Source: Clostridia bacterium
Lineage (GTDB): Bacteria > Bacillota > Clostridia > Oscillospirales > CAG-382
Direction: 5' to 3'
Length of the DNA: 64,000 nucleotides
Assembly: GCA_017625615.1 (NCBI GenBank)
Contig: JAGAKP010000015.1
Coordinates: 15,146-79,145, forward strand
Shown here: positions 53,693-61,226 of the stretch, piece by piece
How positions within the stretch are numbered: position 1 is the stretch's first letter
Layout: every line of letters begins with the position of its first letter
Made by a program: the position numbers and the translations under genes
The notes under the pieces: generated by a model
What the model was told of the DNA's origin: nothing
The model's input: only the letters and a program-made list of their open reading frames with translations
Databases searched by the model: none

Positions 53693-54537
53693 TTCTCCTC
53701 CGATTTTTCGGTGGTATAGGTCAAGGGAACGCCGTAGGTCTGCTCGTAAACTTCCTTCCAGAGAGCGTAATTTTTGCTCATCATTTCCAGAGCGTTTTGC
53801 TTTGTGTTTTTGCTTTCATCGGGGAAGATGGCGGGAAGAATATGAACGGTATACGCCTGAAGAGGGAAGCCGTCTGCGCCGTAGGTTTCCGTGTCCTCCA
53901 TGGTTATGAAGAAGGGCACTACCGGCGCCTTTGCGCGGGCGGCAAAGCGGAAGGCACCCTCCTTAAGAGGACGGGGCTTGCGGTAATTCCACCACATACC
54001 CTGCTCGGGGTAAATGAGTATCTTTTCGCCGCGGGTAAGAAGTGTGTTTACCGCCACCATCAGCTCACGCAAGACGGCAAGGTCGCTGCCAAGAGGAAGT
54101 GTGTTGCAATGGCGGAAGAAATAACCGTACAAGCCGGGGAAGGAGGTATAATTGCCCTCGCGGATGACCTTGTAAAGGCGCTTTCTGCCGAGGGATTTTT
54201 CTATAGCCTTAAAGACCGCGTAATTATCGAAGGCGTTGAAGTGGTTGCAGGTGATCATCGCGCCGCGGTCAGCCACAGCGAGGTAGTTTTCAAGTCCGCG
54301 GACCTCTTTGATAATAAGCTGTCCCTGCTTGATAAGCTTATCAAAATGATTTTTGGCAACGCGGTTTGCTATCTCCGAGGAGATCCTGGAGGAAAGCTTT
54401 TTAAGGGTATAATCCACCTGACCGGGCTTTAAGGGAGTGGTGGGAGGGTCGTTTTCCACGTCGCGGTCAAACCAGCCGTTTTTTTCGTATTCTTTTATGC
54501 GCTCAAGGACTAAAAGCCGTTCAAGTGATTGTTCCAT
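53665..54537 (-). CDS. PlsC-type lysophospholipid acyltransferase family protein
   Basis: H(x)4D motif NHFNAFD and a later PEQG-type motif (YPEQGMW). Confidence 0.8.
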   Translation of the reverse strand: MEQSLERLLVLERIKEYEKNGWFDRDVENDPPTTPLKPGQVDYTLKKLSSRISSEIANRVAKNHFDKLIKQGQLIIKEVRGLENYLAVADRGAMITCNHFNAFDNYAVFKAIEKSLGRKRLYKVIREGNYTSFPGLYGYFFRHCNTLPLGSDLAVLRELMVAVNTLLTRGEKILIYPEQGMWWNYRKPRPLKEGAFRFAARAKAPVVPFFITMEDTETYGADGFPLQAYTVHILPAIFPDESKNTKQNALEMMSKNYALWKEVYEQTYGVPLTYTTEKSEEKCSTQQSSC

Positions 54538-54540
54538 TTT

Positions 54541-55518
54541 TTACACCTCTGCGGGTATTTTTATAACGTGATGGAGGGGGAGCACGTAATTGGGAGAGGA
54601 AGCGCGGGCGGTATCCCTGCGGGCGGTCTCGGCAAGAACGGCGAACTGCTCGTTATCTCTTGCCACGTCAGTTTCGGAATAGTTATCGCGGATGGCGCGG
54701 ATATCCTCGTAGTATTCAGTCATTTTTGCGTAGTGCCAGAAATCCTTTTCGTAGCCGACGCCGTCGTAATGCCAAGGCTTCCAATTTATTTTGAAGTGTA
54801 CGATCTTGGCGGGGTCGCCGTAGGTTTCGCAGGCGGGAAAGGAATTTTTGTTCCAATACTGGGGAAGCAAAAGCACGTTGCCGCAGCACAGCACGTTGAG
54901 GTAATCCTCGTCCTGAGTAACGGTGAAGGTGTACTCACCTATTATGTCCAAAAGGCGGGCTTGCATATCCAGCTTGCGGAAAAGATCGAGATTGAGAACG
55001 AGAACGCCTGCGTTGAAATATGTGTTTCTGCTTATGCCCAGCACCTTTTCCACGTAGGTGCCGTAAACGTCGTAGTTGGTCATAACCTCTTCGTTCATTG
55101 CGGCAACGAGGTTGTCGCCAAGGTCGCAGTTATAAAGTTCGGACACGTCACCGCGGACGATGATATCGCAATCCAGATACAGACCGCGGTGGTAGCCGGG
55201 GAACATATCTGCAATAAGGAAGCGGTAATAGGTCGCCTTGGTATAGTAATCGCGGACGTGGAGGCGGTCGCTCATAATGCGTATCTCCTCCTTCACGTCG
55301 TTGATGATAACTTCAACGTTGGTGGATGAATATTTGGTAAGGCGGGAAACGTTTTGTTCGTTCAGACCCTCGGTGAGTATATGGATACGGTAATAGTAAT
55401 TTTCGGATGCGTTTTGTGTCAGGGACTCAAGTGCCACGCCGAGAAAGGGTGCGTAGTTATCGTCAACAGCGAAAAAGATGGGGATTACGGGAAGTGCCAT
55501 TTTGAAATTGTCCTCCAA
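54541..55518 (-). CDS. Glycosyltransferase family 8
   Basis: IFFAVDDNYAPFLGVALESL N-terminus and a DxD motif (YLDCDIIV). Confidence 0.85.
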   Translation of the reverse strand: MEDNFKMALPVIPIFFAVDDNYAPFLGVALESLTQNASENYYYRIHILTEGLNEQNVSRLTKYSSTNVEVIINDVKEEIRIMSDRLHVRDYYTKATYYRFLIADMFPGYHRGLYLDCDIIVRGDVSELYNCDLGDNLVAAMNEEVMTNYDVYGTYVEKVLGISRNTYFNAGVLVLNLDLFRKLDMQARLLDIIGEYTFTVTQDEDYLNVLCCGNVLLLPQYWNKNSFPACETYGDPAKIVHFKINWKPWHYDGVGYEKDFWHYAKMTEYYEDIRAIRDNYSETDVARDNEQFAVLAETARRDTARASSPNYVLPLHHVIKIPAEV

Positions 55519-55663
55519 ACGATTTTAGTATGGGTTTATTTTACAATATTAATGTAAAAAAAGCAACCTACTGTGGGAAAAAAGCAGTAGAATTTGCAAA
55601 AAACGCCTCTACCCGCAGGAGAAAACGCCGATGAAATCTATGGAACTAAAAGTAGAATGAAAA

Positions 55664-55697
55664 ATACCCCTAAAATGCTTGCGCATTTTTGGGGACC
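55664..55697 (+). repeat. 34-nt hairpin box, direct-repeat copy 1
   Basis: ATACCCCTAAAATGCTTGCGCATTTTTGGGGACC is identical to 56126-56159. The stem CCCCTAAAATGC/GCATTTTTGGGG contains one conserved T-T mismatch. Confidence 0.85.
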
Positions 55698-55749
55698 CCG
55701 AGAAAGAAACACCCCACAGAAAACTGTTTTTGTCCGCGAGGACAAAAAC

Positions 55750-55830
55750 AACTTCACTTTGCGAGCAAACGAGCAAAACTTCACTGCCGTAAGGCAACTT
55801 CACTTTTGCCCGCAGGGCAAAAACTTCACT
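55750..55830 (+). repeat. AACTTCACT 9-mer / mini-hairpin array (4 units)
   Basis: 9-mers at 55750, 55777, 55796 and 55822. The spacers include gccgtaaggc and tttgcccgcagggcaaa. Confidence 0.85.
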
Positions 55831-55852
55831 AAAAAAGTCACCCCGCGAAAGG

Positions 55853-55948
55853 AACACCCCACAAAAGGTTTTTTGATATCTGCGGGTATTTCACGAAATA
55901 CCCCTGCGGACGTTACGTATCACGAAAAAACGCTTTTGCGGGGACCCC
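55853..55948 (+). repeat. Intergenic mosaic module X, copy 2
   Basis: Same flanks as 3888-3984. The central hairpin is GGGTATTTC-ac-GAAATACCC. Confidence 0.8.
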
Positions 55949-56120
55949 ATAAAAGAAACACCCCACAAAACAACGTCAGGTGGGGTTGCGAACAGACAGA
56001 GCGTTTACCGTGATGATATTTTGCGGGGACCCCGAAAAAGAAACACCCCACAAAACAACGTCAGGTAAGGTTGCGAACAGACAGAGCATTTACCGTGACG
56101 ATATTTTGCGGGGACCACGA
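55934..56120 (+). repeat. 85-bp tandem repeat, about 2.2 copies
   Basis: TTTTGCGGGGACCCC starts at 55934 and 56019, with a variant (GGGGACCAC) at 56104. The unit contains AAACACCCCACAAAACAACGTCAGGT(G/A)GGGTTGCGAACAGACAGAGC(G/A)TTTACCGTGA. Confidence 0.85.
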
Positions 56121-56125
56121 GAAAA

Positions 56126-56159
56126 ATACCCCTAAAATGCTTGCGCATTTTTGGGGACC
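56126..56159 (+). repeat. 34-nt hairpin box, direct-repeat copy 2
   Basis: Identical to 55664-55697, 462 bp away. Confidence 0.85.
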
Positions 56160-56166
56160 ACAACAA

Positions 56167-56200
56167 TGAAAGGGCTCCGATCCGTATCGGAGCCCTTTCA
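56167..56200 (-). terminator. Long stem-loop downstream of the dockerin-protein gene
   Basis: Perfect 15-bp stem TGAAAGGGCTCCGAT-ccgt-ATCGGAGCCCTTTCA. The T-run on the minus strand is weak. Confidence 0.6.
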
Positions 56201-56239
56201 TGCTTAAGGGGAGATTATAAATAATTCAGAAAGGAACGA

Positions 56240-59200
56240 TTATTCAACGTCTTCCCATGCGGGGATGGTGTAAGTGCCGAGAACGTGACGCTTAACAAGG
56301 ATGTAGTCGTTAGCATCGATCTTGCCGTTGCCGTTAACGTCTGCCAGCTCGAGAGTCTTAGCATCTACGTCTTCTTCGGAAAGAGCACCAACAACGAGCT
56401 TTCTGATGGTAGCATAGTCGTTAGCGTCGATCTTGCCGTTCATGTTGGCGTCACCTTCGAGGTATTCAACCTTCTTGTAGGTAAGAGCGGTGGTACCGGT
56501 CTTTTCGGGATCGGTGGTGTAGAAGCCGCCGTTAGCGTCAACGCCGTCAACGAGCTTATCGGTGGTAGCAACACCTGCATCCCAGATGTAAACGATATCG
56601 CCAACCTGGAGAGCGGTGATAGATGCGTATGCAGCAGCGTTATCAACGTGAGCTGCGAGAGCGATCTGAGTTTCGGTAAGAGTGCCGTCCTTAGCGTCTG
56701 CGCCGCTGAGGAGAACCTTAACTACTTCCCAAGCGTTTTCTTCAGCGTTCCATTCGAGAACGGTAACGCCCCACCAAGAATTGTTGGAGAAATCCTTATT
56801 CCAGATGTTGTGTGCGTTAGCTGCGAATACGTTAGTCTGGTTGAGCTCTCCGCCTTCGGAGAATTCGCCGGTAACGTAGGTCTTAGCTGCTTCGAATGCT
56901 ACGTTGAACTTGATCTCGCCTGCGGGAGTAGCCCAAGGATCATCGGGATTGTAAGGAGCAACGCTGATCTGAACTTCGTCGCCTTCCTTAACTTCAACGG
57001 TCCAGGTCTTGAGAACGGGATCGCTGTCGGACCACTGAGTATCGCCGTAGATACCTGCGGTGAGGTTGTTTACAGTGTAGGTCCAGTTGGTTTCGGTAAG
57101 CATAGTGAATACTATCTTGCCGTCTGCGGTAGCGGTGTAGGTGTAGAACGCTGCGCCGCCGTCCATAGCGATAGCATCGGTAACGTTAGCGGTGATATCA
57201 CCAAGTACGTCGATGATGAAGGGGTTGGACATAGTGCCCTTGATTACGGGAACGCATCTGGGATATGCAACGTATTCCTCTGCGGATGCATTGATAAGGG
57301 TAACAACGTCGCCCTTAACGAGGTTTGCTTCGCCATCGATAGCCTCGCCGTTTACGAGAACCGTAACGTTTTCATCGTAAAGTGCGAAGAATGCGCCGTC
57401 TTCAAATGCTACGTTGTAGCTGAGAGCGGTGTTAGCGGGGATAACTACGTTCTGACCAAGCATGGGGTTGAATGCGGGAAGATCGCCGCCGTCAACTTCG
57501 TCGAGTGCGGGAGCTGCTGCCTTTACGGTAAAGCCTGCGTTGGTGAGTGCGCCGGGTGCAGCGGTGAGGTCTACGTTGTAGAGAGTTACGATATCGCCAA
57601 CGTTTACGGTGTCTGCGATTTCGTGTCTGCCAACGTTTGCTTCGTTTGCGCTGAGAGCGAGAACGTACTGACCTGCAGTAACAGCGATGTTAGTCTTAAC
57701 GCTTGCGGGGTTGGTGTTTCTGTCAAGTTCGAGGTAAGTAGCGGCTACGGTGCCGTCTGCGTTAACTACGATAACCTTGAAGTAGTTGAGGTCCTTAGAG
57801 GAGCCATAGTACTTAGCGGTGAGTTCGCCGAGAGTCATATCAGTGTCAACGTACATTACGTAGTTGAGGAAGGTATGAGTGTAACCGTAAACGTCAAGTC
57901 CGGTTGCATCTTCGGGAAGCTCTGCAGAGGGTTCAACATAGGAAACTTCTGCTTCGGTGAATGCGATGAATTCATAAACGGGCTTATAATCTGCCTCGGG
58001 ATCATTGAAGGGGCTGTCAGTGTAGGTAAATACTACCTTAACGTACTGAGCAGTGGAGGTTGCAAATTCGATGTTTGCAACGTAAGTGCCGAGAGAGTTT
58101 TCGGCGTTGCCGTGCTGTACGAATACGCTTTCGGGGATATCGGTGGTGGATTCAACGGGAGTCCATTCGATACCGTCGGTAGAAACGTACACCTTAGCAT
58201 CCTTGGAAGGATAGCCGATCATGGAGTTGGTTTCAACGTAAAGACCAACCTTGATATTGTTAACGTCGATAGCGGTACCGGCGTTGTAAACGAGGGTAAG
58301 CTCGGGATAGAGTTCGGGGTTCTTGCAAACGAGGTTCTGAACGAGGAGAACGCCTGTAGTGCCGAAGGAGGTTGCGCCTTCTGCCCAAACGTTGTCAGTG
58401 AGAGCTGCTACGAATGCATCGTTGCCGGAAGAGATCTTGATCTGGGTATCGTCGTATTCAACGTTCCAGCCGGTGTTGTATTCGGGAGCTGCGGGAACTT
58501 CGTTAACTGCAACTTCTGCGAGAGAAGCGAATTCCCAGAATACCTTGCCGTCTGCGGGAGAATCGCCGAGAACGCCGGTGGAAGCGCCAACTACGAAGGT
58601 TGCTCTTACGTATGCAGCGTCAACTGCGTCAAATGCGAGGGTGGAGGATACGGTGCCGTCTGCTGCGGTGGAAAGGGTTGCAGCTTCGAGGTCGTATTCG
58701 CCGAGTGCTACGTATTCTACGCCGTCAACAGAGTACTCTACAAGTACCTTGCCTTCGGGATAGCCGATCATAACTGCTGCGCAGTGATAGAAATCAAGTA
58801 CGAGTGCGTCGATAGTCTTGGTTTCGCCAAGTGCATAGTTTACAACAACCTTCATGGGGTTGGTGGTGCACTTGTCGTTTTGGATAAGAGCTACCTTGCC
58901 GGTGCCTACTGCGCCCCAACCGCCGTTGAAGCCGGTAAGACCATCAGTGAGGACTGCGTTTGTATTTACGTCTACAACTACTTCGTTGTATTCAACTTCG
59001 GGTTCTTCGCCGAAGATCTCATAGAACGCGGTGGTAGACCAAGGAACGAGACTGTTGTCAAACGCATCCCAAGTGATGCTGTGGAGAGTGTTGTAGCCTG
59101 CCTGGCCAAGCTGGAGGTTAAGACCATACTGGCCGGTAATGCCGAGAGTTGCCTTATCAAGTACAACTGTGAAGTAGTAATCGTTGCCGATTACGTAATA

Positions 59201-60946
59201 TTCAAAGGAGGTGTAGCCGCCTGCGATGGAGGAGGAATGCATACCATCGTATCCCTTGCCGTCTGCATCTACCTTGAAATCGTAAAGAGTGGTACGAGCG
59301 GTGTCGGAAGGATCTGCATCGATCCAGATACGGAACATAGTATCGTCTGCAAGAGCCTTCTTATTGTCTACTGCAACCTTGATGGTAACGGTAGATTCGC
59401 CGTCTTCAACGAGATACCAGAAATCTACTACGGGGATAGATTCCCAACCGTCTGCACGGGACTGAGCGGTACCGTTGGTAACGCCGTCAACGTAAGTGTA
59501 GGTATCCTTGAAGGAGTCGTCGTCTTCTTCAACTACAGCTTCGGTGCCCCAAACTTCAAGTTCGTTGATGAAGACGAAGTTAGTGCCCTCAACCTTGTGG
59601 AATACGAACTTAACGTATCTGCCTGCAACTGCAGCTGCGGGAGTTGCATAGTAATCGAGGTCGTAGCAAGGAGACCAGGATTCGCCAACGTACGCGTTGC
59701 CGGAAACAGTTCTGACAGAAACGGGAGTGAAGGTTACGTTATCATCGGAAACGAGAATTTCAACGGTTTCGGGATGCAAAATACCGTCAGCGCCGCCGGT
59801 GAGAACGTAAGCAAAGCCGCTGATGTCGTATACTGCCTCGAGGTCGATAACGATATCAACAAAGCGAGGAGTTGCGCCGCCCCAGCCGGAGGTTTCGCCC
59901 TTGCCGTAGTAACCTGCAACTCTGACACCGTCGGTAAGAGCGGTTGCAACGTTATCGGTGCAAGTCCACTCGTCGCTCCAGTGATAGTAGAGGTTTTCGG
60001 TAGGATAAGTATAGCCCTTGTTGAGAGCTACGTTTTCTGCAACAACGGGAGGAATAAACTTTTCAGCATAAGCGTCTGCAGTAGTGGTGCAGTTTGCTAT
60101 ATCAAGACCATAGAAAGTAACCTTGTCACCATCTACAAGTCTGGAAATGAAATCAAATGCATATTTACCAGCGGAATCAGCTGCCGCGCCGGACCAACCT
60201 ACCCAAACAAAGCCGCCTTCGGGAATTGTGAGAGAAGATTCCTTTGCTGCAGCAGAACCGTTAAGAGCAACTTCGGTAACTTCATACATGCCTTCGGTTT
60301 CTGTGGGAGCGAAAGCTGCGTGGTTCCACCACTCCATAGACGTTTCGGCATAAACTGTTGCGTCGGTGTAGATATATGCACCGTTTTCTGCGTTAACGCC
60401 GGTGTTCCAGTCTGCGTGGTTCCAGTTATCAACTACCTGAGAGGTAACGGGAGCTTCTTCTTCGATTGCATAGTAGACAGTCATAGCATTAGCGCGTGCC
60501 TGGTTGTCTGTCAATGTAATTGTGAAAGAATCAACAGCTTCTGCAAATACGATGGTAACAACTGAATCTTCTCTGGTAGCAGTTGCGTTAGCATCATTGC
60601 AGGAGTTTACCCAAGCGTTAATGTTCTTATCTGCAATGCCGGCACAATCGATTTCAATTTTCGTCATGCCTGCGTAATCTATCTTTACGATAGAATTCTT
60701 GTAGAAGCGAACAGGAGCTACATAATCAGCAACGTCGGAAGATGTAGCGGTCTTAGTGTTGGTAACAGTGATACCGTTCTGTTCCCATACCTGTTCAGAC
60801 GTGCTGAAAGCGGTACGATTCGCGGTATTCGCGAAAGAAATGGTAGCACTGCCTTCTTCTGCTGCAACGGGGAATACGAAGGTTGCGAACAGAGAGAATA
60901 CCATGCACAGTGTGAGTACTAATGAGATACTCTTTTTGAGATTCAT
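56240..60946 (-). CDS. Giant secreted dockerin-bearing protein with three discoidin-like modules
   Basis: Signal peptide ...FPVAAEE. A C-terminal type-I dockerin duplicates GDANMNGKIDANDY / DVNGNGKIDANDY. F5/8-type-C-like modules include one ending FINELEVWG. Confidence 0.85.
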   Translation of the reverse strand: MNLKKSISLVLTLCMVFSLFATFVFPVAAEEGSATISFANTANRTAFSTSEQVWEQNGITVTNTKTATSSDVADYVAPVRFYKNSIVKIDYAGMTKIEIDCAGIADKNINAWVNSCNDANATATREDSVVTIVFAEAVDSFTITLTDNQARANAMTVYYAIEEEAPVTSQVVDNWNHADWNTGVNAENGAYIYTDATVYAETSMEWWNHAAFAPTETEGMYEVTEVALNGSAAAKESSLTIPEGGFVWVGWSGAAADSAGKYAFDFISRLVDGDKVTFYGLDIANCTTTADAYAEKFIPPVVAENVALNKGYTYPTENLYYHWSDEWTCTDNVATALTDGVRVAGYYGKGETSGWGGATPRFVDIVIDLEAVYDISGFAYVLTGGADGILHPETVEILVSDDNVTFTPVSVRTVSGNAYVGESWSPCYDLDYYATPAAAVAGRYVKFVFHKVEGTNFVFINELEVWGTEAVVEEDDDSFKDTYTYVDGVTNGTAQSRADGWESIPVVDFWYLVEDGESTVTIKVAVDNKKALADDTMFRIWIDADPSDTARTTLYDFKVDADGKGYDGMHSSSIAGGYTSFEYYVIGNDYYFTVVLDKATLGITGQYGLNLQLGQAGYNTLHSITWDAFDNSLVPWSTTAFYEIFGEEPEVEYNEVVVDVNTNAVLTDGLTGFNGGWGAVGTGKVALIQNDKCTTNPMKVVVNYALGETKTIDALVLDFYHCAAVMIGYPEGKVLVEYSVDGVEYVALGEYDLEAATLSTAADGTVSSTLAFDAVDAAYVRATFVVGASTGVLGDSPADGKVFWEFASLAEVAVNEVPAAPEYNTGWNVEYDDTQIKISSGNDAFVAALTDNVWAEGATSFGTTGVLLVQNLVCKNPELYPELTLVYNAGTAIDVNNIKVGLYVETNSMIGYPSKDAKVYVSTDGIEWTPVESTTDIPESVFVQHGNAENSLGTYVANIEFATSTAQYVKVVFTYTDSPFNDPEADYKPVYEFIAFTEAEVSYVEPSAELPEDATGLDVYGYTHTFLNYVMYVDTDMTLGELTAKYYGSSKDLNYFKVIVVNADGTVAATYLELDRNTNPASVKTNIAVTAGQYVLALSANEANVGRHEIADTVNVGDIVTLYNVDLTAAPGALTNAGFTVKAAAPALDEVDGGDLPAFNPMLGQNVVIPANTALSYNVAFEDGAFFALYDENVTVLVNGEAIDGEANLVKGDVVTLINASAEEYVAYPRCVPVIKGTMSNPFIIDVLGDITANVTDAIAMDGGAAFYTYTATADGKIVFTMLTETNWTYTVNNLTAGIYGDTQWSDSDPVLKTWTVEVKEGDEVQISVAPYNPDDPWATPAGEIKFNVAFEAAKTYVTGEFSEGGELNQTNVFAANAHNIWNKDFSNNSWWGVTVLEWNAEENAWEVVKVLLSGADAKDGTLTETQIALAAHVDNAAAYASITALQVGDIVYIWDAGVATTDKLVDGVDANGGFYTTDPEKTGTTALTYKKVEYLEGDANMNGKIDANDYATIRKLVVGALSEEDVDAKTLELADVNGNGKIDANDYILVKRHVLGTYTIPAWEDVE

Positions 60947-61096
60947 AGTGACATCCTTTCTGAATTTGGATTTGATTTACGGATACAACGCCGAAACGCC
61001 CCGCGAACAACATTTTGAACAAAAACTCGGCATTGAATTTGTTGAAAATGTACATACGTTAGGGGTTTTGTTTGTTCCGTTTAGTTCCTAATTACC

Positions 61097-61124
61097 ATTA
61101 TACAAATTTTGAACAAATTGTCAA
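61097..61124 (-). promoter_or_regulatory. Candidate sigma-A promoter of the dockerin-protein gene
   Basis: TTGACA-16 nt-TATAAT on the minus strand, giving a leader of about 145 nt. Confidence 0.5.
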
Positions 61125-61162
61125 TAGTTTATGTAAAAAATATACAAGGCGCAAAGTGGGGG

Positions 61163-61191
61163 TTGAAAAAGTTAAAAAAATATGATACAAT
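61163..61191 (+). promoter_or_regulatory. Sigma-A promoter of argS
   Basis: TTGAAA-17 nt-TACAAT with TGn extension. Confidence 0.55.
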
Positions 61192-61226
61192 GTGACGTTA
61201 TTAAAGATAATAAAGGAAGCAAAGCT

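Noticed and set aside
56285-60565. 1426-aa plus-strand ORF, the longest ORF on that strand
   Set aside because: It is codon-aligned antisense to a gene with a clear signal peptide and dockerin. Its translation is low-complexity (V/G/C/N-rich) with no start context. Avoidance of TTA, CTA and TCA codons in the real gene explains it.
60947-61226. T-box leader upstream of argS
   Set aside because: I found no specifier-loop/T-box (AGAGA ... UGGNA-type) motifs and no terminator/antiterminator pair. The promoter lies only about 30 nt from the start codon.
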